Positions 16,553 to 24,324 of a stretch of 33,977 bases of DNA are shown here, one piece after another; positions within the stretch are counted from its first letter, which is position 1, and each line of letters opens with the position of its first letter. The notes below the pieces were generated by a model. It saw only the letters and a list, made by a program, of their open reading frames with translations, made no database searches and was not told the DNA's origin. A program made the translations under genes and the position numbers. Where the stretch lies: the NCBI GenBank assembly GCA_038044345.1, contig JBBTAG010000061.1, positions 1-33,977 on the forward strand, written 5' to 3'. This stretch comes from Nanobdellota archaeon (lineage in GTDB: Archaea; Nanobdellota; Nanobdellia; Pacearchaeales; GW2011-AR1).

Positions 16553-16574
16553 GTCTTTTTTTATGGATAAGATA

Positions 16575-16988
16575 ATGATTTCAGTAATAGCTTTAGATAT
16601 ATATGGTACTGTTTTGGCAACGGACGATCCTGACAACGAACTTCCAGCGCGAAAAGGAATTGAAAGTTTTTTTAATGAATGCAATAGACGCAAAATAAGA
16701 GTCGCATCTACTTCTGATGCTCCTAACTGTACTCTTAAGGTGCATCTTGAAGATTACGGACTTTTCAGATTTTTGGATAGTTCTTTTCAATTGAATCAAT
16801 TGCCCCATAAAAACTTTGAGGTTGTTTTGCGTTATTATAGAATTCAGGCTTCAGAATTGTTGGTTATAGGGGATTCGGATAAGGATATAAACGGAGCAAT
16901 TTCTATCGGGGCAAGACATTTAAGAGTTCCAGAGTATATATCTTTCTCGAATGATTTTGATTTTGGACAAATATTTAAGATTATTTAA
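16575..16988 (+). CDS. HAD-superfamily hydrolase (DxYGT, haloacid-dehalogenase-type motif I)
   Basis: Motif I is ALDIYGTV and motif IV is VIGDSDKDINGA. The upstream ATG at 16563 is only 10 nt from the TATA box, so 16575 is preferred. Confidence 0.65.
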   Translation: MISVIALDIYGTVLATDDPDNELPARKGIESFFNECNRRKIRVASTSDAPNCTLKVHLEDYGLFRFLDSSFQLNQLPHKNFEVVLRYYRIQASELLVIGDSDKDINGAISIGARHLRVPEYISFSNDFDFGQIFKII

Positions 16989-16991
16989 TTT

Positions 16992-17006
16992 AGAAATCTA
17001 TAAATA
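16992..17006 (+). promoter_or_regulatory. BRE/TATA-like promoter agaaatctataaata (copy 2, nac)
   Basis: Identical 15-mer to 16538-16552, 21 nt upstream of the ATG at 17028. Confidence 0.5.
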
Positions 17007-17027
17007 CTCTTCTTTTTTTGCATAATT

Positions 17028-17357
17028 ATGTTTGGCGGAATAGATCCTAAGAAAATGCAGGCCATGATGAAGCAGATGGGCATTAAGCAACAGGAAATTG
17101 ATGCTTTACGGGTTATTATAGAATGTTCTGATAAAAAAATAGTGATTGAACCTGCAAATGTGCAAAAAGTAGTTATGCAAGGACAGGAAAGTTGGCAAAT
17201 TACAGGAGAAGCAAGAGAAGAAAGTTCTGAGGTGGGGATAAGCGATGATGATGTTGCTCTTGTTATGGAGAAAACTGGCAAGAATGAAAAAGAAGTTCGC
17301 ACAGTTTTGGAAGAAACTAAGGATATTGCAGAAGCGATTGTTAAATTGAGTGAATAA
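17028..17357 (+). CDS. nac: nascent polypeptide-associated complex protein (archaeal NAC)
   Basis: The MFGGIDPKKMQAMMKQMGIKQQEI N-terminus, a NAC domain and a C-terminal UBA-like region. Confidence 0.88.
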   Translation: MFGGIDPKKMQAMMKQMGIKQQEIDALRVIIECSDKKIVIEPANVQKVVMQGQESWQITGEAREESSEVGISDDDVALVMEKTGKNEKEVRTVLEETKDIAEAIVKLSE

Positions 17358-17380
17358 ATTTATTTTAAAACGAATGAAAA

Positions 17381-18586
17381 ATGAATGAATATAAACCATC
17401 ACCGGATATGTTAGAAAAATATGCAGACGTTTTAGTCAGATGCGCGCTCAATTCTGGAAATGGAATGAAAAAAGGAGAGGTTGTATATCTTGAAGTTCCA
17501 GAATGTGCAAAATCTCTTCTTATTGCTCTACAAAAATCTGTTTTGCGTGCTGGAGGACATTATATTACTAATTTTATACCTGATGAAACTGCTCGCCATT
17601 TTTATGAGTTAGCAGAAGAGCACCATTTGAACTTTTTTGCTGAAAAGCATTTGCGCGGGAAAGTTGACCAGGCGGACCACTTCATTTTTATTATTGCTGA
17701 AGCTAACAAAAAAGAGTTAGAAGGAATAGACCCGAAAAAAATAATGATGAGACAAAAAACGCATAAGCCGTATTTTGATTGGAGAAATGAAAAAGAGAAT
17801 GCTGGCAAATTGACATGGACTCTTGCTTTGTATGGAACGGAAGATGCAGCAAAAGAAGCAGGAGTAAGTTTAGAGGAATATTGGAACCAGATAATAAATG
17901 CATGTTATCTTGATAAGGAAAATCCAGTTGATGAATGGAAAAAGGTTTTTACTGAAATTGATAGATTGAAAAATGAATTGAATAAAATGAAAATCAAGAA
18001 ATTGTATATTAAGTCAGAGAAAAATGATTTTACCATCGGAGTTGGAAAAAATAGACAATGGCTTGGAGGAACAGGAAGAAATATTCCCAGTTTTGAAGTT
18101 TATATTTCTCCAGATTGGAGATTGACAGAAGGAGAGATATATTTTGATCAGCCCCTTTATAGATATGGCAACATGATTAAGAATGTTCATCTTAGGTTTA
18201 AAGATGGAAAAGTTGTTAATGCAATGGCTGAACAAGGAGAGAATGTTTTGAAAGAGATGATTGCAACTGAAAATGCAGACAAAGTTGGAGAATTTTCTCT
18301 TACGGATATTAGGATGTCGAAAATAGATAAATTTATGGCTGAAACGCTGTTTGATGAGAATTTTGGAGGAAAATATGGGAATACACATATTGCTTTGGGA
18401 AATGCATATAAAGATTCTTATCCAGGAAATCCTTCCAAGATAAAGAAGGAAGAATGGGCAGAAATGGGATACAATGAATCTGTAATTCATACAGACATTG
18501 TTTCTACTGAAAACAGAGTTGTTACAGCAGAATTGGAATCTGGAGAGAAAAAGATTATTTACAAAGATGGAATGTTTGTGATTTAG
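17381..18586 (+). CDS. ampS: aminopeptidase, M29 (AmpS/PepS) family
   Basis: 401 aa. LEKYADVLVRCALN...KKGEVV N-terminus, EFSLTD, and FDENFGGKYGNTHIALGNAY metal-site region. Confidence 0.85.
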   Translation: MNEYKPSPDMLEKYADVLVRCALNSGNGMKKGEVVYLEVPECAKSLLIALQKSVLRAGGHYITNFIPDETARHFYELAEEHHLNFFAEKHLRGKVDQADHFIFIIAEANKKELEGIDPKKIMMRQKTHKPYFDWRNEKENAGKLTWTLALYGTEDAAKEAGVSLEEYWNQIINACYLDKENPVDEWKKVFTEIDRLKNELNKMKIKKLYIKSEKNDFTIGVGKNRQWLGGTGRNIPSFEVYISPDWRLTEGEIYFDQPLYRYGNMIKNVHLRFKDGKVVNAMAEQGENVLKEMIATENADKVGEFSLTDIRMSKIDKFMAETLFDENFGGKYGNTHIALGNAYKDSYPGNPSKIKKEEWAEMGYNESVIHTDIVSTENRVVTAELESGEKKIIYKDGMFVI

Positions 18587-18620
18587 ATAGTTATATTAAT
18601 TTTAAATACTTAGATTTAAC

Positions 18621-19118
18621 ATGGAAAGTACGGGAATTGAGAAGAAGTTTGTTGATGCGCTTGTTGAAGCTGAGAGAAGCTGGCAGAGTGCTGAACATGT
18701 GGTTAAAGTGATAATGCCAGTGGTTAAGGACCAAAAATTGCTTCTCAGGGCGCTTGAAACGCTGTATAAGGGAGCTGTTTCAACTGTTTCAACTATATTA
18801 AAATATGAATATTTGTTTAAACATATAACTCTCTATAAAGATTCTGATAAGAATTTGGATACTTTCTTTAAGAAATGTGCTCCCAAATATGGTCTTTCAA
18901 TTGAAGAAAGAGAACTTTTGAAAAGATTGATTATTTTTGGAAAAAAACATAAAGAATCGGGATTTGAGTTTTCAAGGGTTGGAAAAATGGTGATACTTGA
19001 TGATAATTTAACAACAACTGAAGTGAACAGGCAGACAATAGACGATTTTATTCTCATATTGAGAAAGCTTTTGATGAATACTAGAAATGTTTTTGTTAGG
19101 ACGAGAAAACATGAATAA
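18621..19118 (+). CDS. uncharacterised helical protein, paralog A
   Basis: Shares SAEHVVKV / SADHLLYV and a C-terminal E-F-x-(R/K)-x-G...(I/L)L-x-(K/R)-(L/F) pattern with the next gene. Confidence 0.55.
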   Translation: MESTGIEKKFVDALVEAERSWQSAEHVVKVIMPVVKDQKLLLRALETLYKGAVSTVSTILKYEYLFKHITLYKDSDKNLDTFFKKCAPKYGLSIEERELLKRLIIFGKKHKESGFEFSRVGKMVILDDNLTTTEVNRQTIDDFILILRKLLMNTRNVFVRTRKHE

Positions 19119-19252
19119 TTTGTTAATCCGAACTTTTTATTGATTTTTAATATATATTTCAAAGTAGATATCAGAAAGATATAAATAGTTATATTCCTTT
19201 GGAAAATGTACTTTTAAGCCTTTTAAAAGGGGGAATACGGATAGACTTTTGT

Positions 19253-19678
19253 ATGGAAACAATAATCAAAGAAAAAATCAGCGCTGACCACTTGCTTTAT
19301 GTAAGTTTAAAATACACGAAGACTTGCGATGTTATTATTAATTTACTTCTTAGATGGAAAATAATGATTGAAATGGGGATGAACAGATTAGTTGAGAAAG
19401 CTAAAAAACAGAAGAAATGGAAGCCCATACCAAACGCTCCCAGGGCGAAACTTATTCAACTTAAGCAGTTATATGCTGGAAATAAGGATATCATTGAAAC
19501 TCTTAATTTGTATGACTTATTTAGAGACATTGAACAGCTTGAAAAAGTTAGAGAAAATGAATTTAGAAAAGGCGTCAATTTGAAAGTTAATTATTCTGGG
19601 CAGGTAATAAATATTAATCTTGACAAATTGAAAGAATATGCCGCTATCTTAGAAAGGTTTATAAGTGCTTTGAAATAA
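19253..19678 (+). CDS. uncharacterised helical protein, paralog B
   Basis: First ATG in the ORF (track start 19199 is TTG). By eye it aligns with 18621-19118. Confidence 0.5.
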   Translation: METIIKEKISADHLLYVSLKYTKTCDVIINLLLRWKIMIEMGMNRLVEKAKKQKKWKPIPNAPRAKLIQLKQLYAGNKDIIETLNLYDLFRDIEQLEKVRENEFRKGVNLKVNYSGQVININLDKLKEYAAILERFISALK

Positions 19679-19720
19679 TTGTTTTTGTTGAAGCGTTACT
19701 TTAGTTTCGCTCTGTAAAAT

Positions 19721-20476
19721 ATGGCTAAGTTAATTACAATTACTTCGGGAAAGGGTGGTGTAGGAAAAACTACAACTGCAATCAATATAGGTGCTGCTCT
19801 TAATTCATTTGGAAAAGATGTTATTATTTTGGATGCCAATTTAACTACACCCAATGTTGGATTGCATTTAGGGGCTCCAATTGTTCCTGTGAGTTTGAAT
19901 CATGTTCTTCTTGGGAATGCAAAAATTGCTGACGCAATATATGAGCATGAATCTGGGACTAAAATAATTCCTAGTTCTCTTTCCATCAGGGAGTTGAGAA
20001 GGATTGACCATGGTAAATTAAAAGATGTTGGAAAGAAATTGAGAAAGATTGCAGATTATGTTATATTTGACTCTGCTGCTGGATTGGGAGAAGAGGCAAT
20101 AGCGGCAATGGAGTCTTGTGACGAATTGATTATTGTTACTAATCCTGAAATTACTGCTGTTACTGATGCTTTGAAAACAAGCAAAGTGATTGAGGAGCTT
20201 GGAAAAAGTGTAAGGGGAGTTATTGTTAACAGAGTAAGGGGAAAAAGAACCGAAATGCCTATTAGGAATATAAGAGAAATGCTTGAACTGCCTATTTTGG
20301 GCGTTGTGCCTGAAGATAAGAATATGCAATCTGCGCTCGTAATGAAGGATGCTTTGGTGCACACGCATCCGAGAAGCAAGGCAGCCATAGCTTATAGAAA
20401 TATTGCGGCACGGATTATTGGAAATGGGCAGTATAAAAAGAAGGCAAGTTTCATTGATTTTATTCTTGGAAGATAA
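19721..20476 (+). CDS. minD: MinD/ParA-family P-loop ATPase (archaeal MinD-like)
   Basis: Deviant Walker A ITSGKGGVGKTTT and Walker B-like YVIFDSAAG. Confidence 0.85.
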   Translation: MAKLITITSGKGGVGKTTTAINIGAALNSFGKDVIILDANLTTPNVGLHLGAPIVPVSLNHVLLGNAKIADAIYEHESGTKIIPSSLSIRELRRIDHGKLKDVGKKLRKIADYVIFDSAAGLGEEAIAAMESCDELIIVTNPEITAVTDALKTSKVIEELGKSVRGVIVNRVRGKRTEMPIRNIREMLELPILGVVPEDKNMQSALVMKDALVHTHPRSKAAIAYRNIAARIIGNGQYKKKASFIDFILGR

Positions 20477-20488
20477 AATATGTTTTGT

Positions 20489-20881
20489 TTATTCTAGGAT
20501 GTTTATCAGTTCTTCTGTTGTAAAAACTCTGATTGAGGACTGCTGCTTTAGATGCGGGTCGTTTGACCAAATTGGAAGATTAAGAGATAGTGAAAGTGCA
20601 AGATAGGGAATATCTTTTTCATCTATGAAATCTTTAAATTGCTTAAACAACGGAGAGAAATCGGATTCTTTAATGAAAGATACGTGTTGTTTCAATGTTT
20701 CTTTGGTTTTATCAAAAGATATTTTTGATTTTTTTTCGATTTCTGATTTATATTTTGCCAATTCACCAAACGCAAATGAAGGAGAGAAAAGCTTTATGTT
20801 ATGCAGTTTAACAAGTTCGGAGGCAGAAGTTTTAGGATTTACCAAAGAGAATAAAATATTGGCATCTGCCACTAATTTCAT
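20489..20881 (-). CDS. vapC: PIN-domain toxin (VapC-like)
   Basis: N-terminal VADANIL acidic residue and C-terminal WSNDPH. 130 aa. Sits immediately after the antitoxin stop (TAAATG junction). Confidence 0.75.
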   Translation of the reverse strand: MKLVADANILFSLVNPKTSASELVKLHNIKLFSPSFAFGELAKYKSEIEKKSKISFDKTKETLKQHVSFIKESDFSPLFKQFKDFIDEKDIPYLALSLSLNLPIWSNDPHLKQQSSIRVFTTEELINILE

Positions 20882-21130
20882 TTACAATAAACCCTCTTTT
20901 TTCAATCTTGCATGCCCTTCTTTTTTGATTTTTCTTCCTAATTCTACTGTCCAGTCTGTAAATCCAGATTCATTTTCTTCCTTTAGTTTTGCCAGCAACT
21001 CTTGTTTGAGCGAAAGTTGTTTAACTCTGTCTTCAACTAATTTGCGAATAAATGCAGACCAATTCATTTCTGGGAATTGTCTCATTTTGCTGCGTATTTC
21101 TTCGGGAATCGATAAAGTTATGCTTACCAT
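20882..21130 (-). CDS. ribbon-helix-helix-like antitoxin (VapB-like)
   Basis: VSITLSIPEEIRSKM...NWSAFIRKLVED pattern. ATG at 21130 (track start 21145 is TTG). Confidence 0.6.
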   Translation of the reverse strand: MVSITLSIPEEIRSKMRQFPEMNWSAFIRKLVEDRVKQLSLKQELLAKLKEENESGFTDWTVELGRKIKKEGHARLKKEGLL

Positions 21131-21151
21131 TGTAAATTTATTCAATACTGA

Positions 21152-21210
21152 GAAAATTAAGTTTGCGTAAACTCCCTACTTCAGTTCGTGAGAAAGCAAA
21201 CTTAATTTTC
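21152..21210. repeat. perfect 15-bp inverted repeat with a 29-nt spacer
   Basis: gaaaattaagtttgc (21152-21166) is the exact reverse complement of gcaaacttaattttc (21196-21210). Confidence 0.9.
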
Positions 21211-21217
21211 GAGGTGT

Positions 21218-21268
21218 TCAAGAACCATACTTGTTGACACGCCATACACTTTAGTTTATGGTTCTTGA
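21218..21268. repeat. perfect 12-bp inverted repeat with a 27-nt spacer
   Basis: tcaagaaccata (21218-21229) pairs with tatggttcttga (21257-21268). Confidence 0.9.
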
Positions 21269-21276
21269 CATGTTAA

Positions 21277-21294
21277 TAAACGTAATTACGTTTA
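21277..21294. repeat. 18-bp perfect palindrome taaacgtaattacgttta
   Basis: Self-complementary, read directly from the sequence. Confidence 0.9.
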
Positions 21295-21393
21295 AATATA
21301 TAAACTTTTCGGTTCAAAAGAATTTGGTGCAGAATATGCTTGAATGAATAATTAATTGCGTTCAGTGGACTTTATTTATTTTTGGATATGAAA

Positions 21394-21741
21394 TTATTTG
21401 ACTTTACTACCTTCTTTTATGTCTTTTTCAGGCTGTAAAAATATTATATCTGACTCATCTGAACTGACGGCTGCTAAAATCATTCCATTGCTTTCTATTC
21501 CACGCAGGGTTACTGGGGCAAGGTTTGCAACGAAAATTGCCTTTTTGTTTTTCAAATCTTCTTTTTTGTAGTGATTTTTAAGGCCTGCAACAATTGTTCT
21601 TGTTTTTTCTTCACCTAAATCTACTGTAAGAACATAAAGCTTGTCTGCTTTTGGATGGTCTTGAACATCAATTATATTTCCCACTCTTAAATCCATTTTT
21701 TCAAATAAATCATAAGGTATTTTTTCTTCCATTTTTTTCAA
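21394..21741 (-). CDS. tRNA-binding OB-fold protein (Trbp111/CsaA/EMAPII-like)
   Basis: DLRVGNIIDVQDHPKADKLYVLTVDLGEE...IVAGL...LRGIESNGMILAA. Confidence 0.8.
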   Translation of the reverse strand: MKKMEEKIPYDLFEKMDLRVGNIIDVQDHPKADKLYVLTVDLGEEKTRTIVAGLKNHYKKEDLKNKKAIFVANLAPVTLRGIESNGMILAAVSSDESDIIFLQPEKDIKEGSKVK

Positions 21742-21873
21742 CAGTGGAGAGACTTTTTAATCTTTTTGCTTTTAAAATAAGCTTTTTACTGAATGATGTA
21801 TGCAATATCTTGATTTATTGTGCGGTATTATGAGTGGGAATAGATTTAAAAACCAATTTTTTCTCTTCAAAGA

Positions 21874-22446
21874 ATGGCGAAAGGAGCATATCATTACATA
21901 AGGGAAGTGTGGAAGAAACCTGGAAGAGACTTATTGCAGACAAGGTTGATTGAATGGAGGGCTGGAGAGAGTTTTGTGAAAGTTGACAAGCCTCTTAGAC
22001 TTGACAGAGCGAGGGCCTTGGGTTATAAGGCCAAAAAAGGTTTTGTTGTTTTCAGAGTAAGAATTAAAAGAGGCGGCAGAAAGAGAACAAGGCATAAGCA
22101 TGGAAGGAAAAGCAGAAAGCAGTATGTGAAAAAGATATTGAAAATGAATTATCAGTGGGTTGCTGAAATCAGGGTGGAAAAGAAATATCCCAATTTGGAA
22201 GTTTTGAACTCGTATCCTATTGCAAAGGATGGAAAATATTATTTTTATGAGGTTATAATGATTGATCCTTCAAGGCCAGAAATCAGGAATGATCCTGTTT
22301 TCAAGTGGATATGCGATAGTGCAAATCATAATAGAGCTCAGCGTGGTCTGACATCAGCTGCAAGGAAGAGCAGAGGATTAAGAAGCAGAAGCCATAATAT
22401 GAAAGTGCGCCCTAGCTTGAGGGCTTGGGAAAGACGAGGCAAATAG
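21874..22446 (+). CDS. rpl15e: 50S ribosomal protein L15e
   Basis: MAKGAYHYIREVWKKP N-terminus, basic, 190 aa. TATA-like box at 21844-21851, 22 nt upstream. Confidence 0.92.
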   Translation: MAKGAYHYIREVWKKPGRDLLQTRLIEWRAGESFVKVDKPLRLDRARALGYKAKKGFVVFRVRIKRGGRKRTRHKHGRKSRKQYVKKILKMNYQWVAEIRVEKKYPNLEVLNSYPIAKDGKYYFYEVIMIDPSRPEIRNDPVFKWICDSANHNRAQRGLTSAARKSRGLRSRSHNMKVRPSLRAWERRGK

Positions 22447-22479
22447 TTGTTTTTGTATCTTTAATTTGAATGATAATAT

Positions 22480-22791
22480 CTATAGTTTAAGATTTGCAAT
22501 TTCTTCTTCTACCAATTTTTCAGCTTCATTTGTTAAGAAATGAATATCAGGATACTTCTTATCTTTCTTGTCCTTAATAAATTCAATAGATTGAGTCTTT
22601 ATTGCTTGTTTGTCTTCTTCATTCCAATTATATTTTTTAGCATCTTTAATTGCTGCATCTCTATAGGTAATTTCTTCATTTTGCAGATGATTTATAGACT
22701 CTGGTCTATTTGTGTGTTTGATTAATAAATTATGCAATACCACATTGCCTATTCTCTTTCCAAGAGTTTTTATAACGCTATTTTTTCCCAT
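22480..22791 (-). CDS. small protein coupled to the nucleotidyltransferase gene; possible toxin/HEPN-like partner (weak)
   Basis: Its start overlaps the upstream gene by 22 nt. It contains an R-x5-H stretch (RPESINH), but in an atypical N-proximal position. Confidence 0.4.
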   Translation of the reverse strand: MGKNSVIKTLGKRIGNVVLHNLLIKHTNRPESINHLQNEEITYRDAAIKDAKKYNWNEEDKQAIKTQSIEFIKDKKDKKYPDIHFLTNEAEKLVEEEIANLKL

Positions 22792-23603
22792 GGTGCTTTT
22801 TTAATTTCCTCGTCTGTTTTTTCAGATAGCTGTTTTATGTATTGCAATATTAACTTTTTTTCTGACTTGGAGGCGATATTGTTTTTTAGTCTAAATATGG
22901 TATTATTGCCTAATTCTTTATTAACACTTTCTCTCAATGATTGATTGTCCACTATTTTTTTTAAGAGCAGCCTGACTAAAAGAACATTTCTAAGAGATTG
23001 ATATATTTCATTGCCATCAGAGTCTTCATCATCTATATCGCTCCAGTCAAGTTTCATTCTCAAATCCAGTTTTGATAGTTCAGTCTTTGATGGAAGCTTT
23101 ATTTTTCCATAAATCTCTTTATAGTCTTTGAGTTGATAAATTAAAGAAGGACTATGAGAATATTCATTATAAAATGCAGATATATCAATGACTTGAATAT
23201 CCAAGTTTAAACTAAGTCTTTTAGCAGAATCAGTCAATTTCATAATTAGGTTATATTTATCTCCAGTTGAAGACCATATTTTTTTGTTTGTTATAATCAA
23301 AACATCTATATCTTTATAGTCCTTGTAATTGTTTTGAATTGCAGAACCATATATTAATATTGACCTGACTTCTTTTAAGTTTTCTAGGATAAGCTTTTTA
23401 ATTTTATTTTCAATAGATTTTGATTTTTGGTTATATTCAAGCTTGTTTAAAAGAACATGCGCATTAATCTTACTTATTTCTGTTAATTTATGTCTGATAG
23501 ACTTGCTTAGGATGTTTGACTCGTTCTGTGTCAAACTAATTCCTTTAAGTTTCTTGTTTATTATTTCTTTTTCTCTATTTGTGAGTATTGTATAATTTAC
23601 CAT
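22770..23603 (-). CDS. minimal nucleotidyltransferase (MNT/Pol-beta fold) with an N-terminal HTH-like segment and a C-terminal helical extension
   Basis: ILIYGSAIQ...YKDIDVLIIT gives the GS...DxD NTase signature. TATA-like box at 23628-23635, 24 nt upstream. Confidence 0.65.
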   Translation of the reverse strand: MVNYTILTNREKEIINKKLKGISLTQNESNILSKSIRHKLTEISKINAHVLLNKLEYNQKSKSIENKIKKLILENLKEVRSILIYGSAIQNNYKDYKDIDVLIITNKKIWSSTGDKYNLIMKLTDSAKRLSLNLDIQVIDISAFYNEYSHSPSLIYQLKDYKEIYGKIKLPSKTELSKLDLRMKLDWSDIDDEDSDGNEIYQSLRNVLLVRLLLKKIVDNQSLRESVNKELGNNTIFRLKNNIASKSEKKLILQYIKQLSEKTDEEIKKAPWEKIAL

Positions 23604-23670
23604 ATAATACTAATTTATATTAAGTGGTATTTAAAGGTTTCTACGTCAAAAGCTGAGTCATAAGATATAA

Positions 23671-23724
23671 AACATAAAATAAAAAAGAAAAAATAAAAGA
23701 AAAAGATAAAAAAATTAAATAAAA
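23671..23724 (-). terminator. oligo-T tract cluster downstream of the major pilin gene
   Basis: The minus strand reads aattttatttaatttttttatctttttcttttattttttctttttt... directly after the stop. This is the archaeal poly-T type of termination signal. Confidence 0.4.
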
Positions 23725-24228
23725 TTATTTAGCTTGCGCAGTTATAGAACCTGAAGACTGAAGATCCAAAGCAGAACCTGTTTTTGTATAGGTTACTACA
23801 ACATCTCCTCTGAAGGCTCCTTGAGCAACGTCACTAGTACACGTCATAGAAATCTTTCCAGATTTTACATTTGCTGCAATAGCTGCTGTACCTGCTCCCG
23901 TTATAGCAGTAGCACCGACTGTTGTTGGTGCATTTGGTATGCCATCACTATCTCCGCAACCAGATATACTGATTCTACTAATAGTTAGTTGTTCTCCAGC
24001 ACCATTGTATATTTCCATTTCAACTTTAGCTGTCCCAGCAAGTCCTGAAGTTACAACTGCTCCTTCTGGACTAAAAGGTTGATTTATGACAAATTTATCA
24101 GATACAAGCTTACCAGGGCTAAAAACACCATAGTATGCTAGAACTCCTATCGCAATAATAGCAATCAAGATAGCCCATCCATAGGTCATCAAGAACTCCA
24201 TTGCCGCTTGTCCTTTTTTATTTTTCAT
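23725..24228 (-). CDS. type IV pilin-like protein (probable major pilin), class III signal peptide
   Basis: MKNKKG|QAAMEFLMTYGWAILIAIIAIGVL. Gly/Ala/Thr/Ser-rich body. Strong GGAGG 5 nt upstream of the ATG. Own promoter and terminator. Confidence 0.75.
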   Translation of the reverse strand: MKNKKGQAAMEFLMTYGWAILIAIIAIGVLAYYGVFSPGKLVSDKFVINQPFSPEGAVVTSGLAGTAKVEMEIYNGAGEQLTISRISISGCGDSDGIPNAPTTVGATAITGAGTAAIAANVKSGKISMTCTSDVAQGAFRGDVVVTYTKTGSALDLQSSGSITAQAK

Positions 24229-24252
24229 GTTTACCTCCTTTTAAGTATTTTA

Positions 24253-24266
24253 AAGCATAAATGCTT
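24253..24266. promoter_or_regulatory. palindrome aagcat-aa-atgctt at or near the pilin transcription start, with a third half-site at 24318-24326
   Basis: Read directly. The sites flank the TATA-like box at 24291-24298. Confidence 0.4.
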
Positions 24267-24324
24267 AATGCGTAATAGAAGACTATAGGGTATATAAACA
24301 TTTTTATCGACAAATTTTTAAGCA

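Noticed and set aside
22480-22791. A confident HEPN toxin call for the 103-aa ORF.
   Set aside because: The only support is one R-x5-H stretch near the N-terminus plus gene order. That position and the protein length are atypical for HEPN, so it is kept as a low-confidence possibility.
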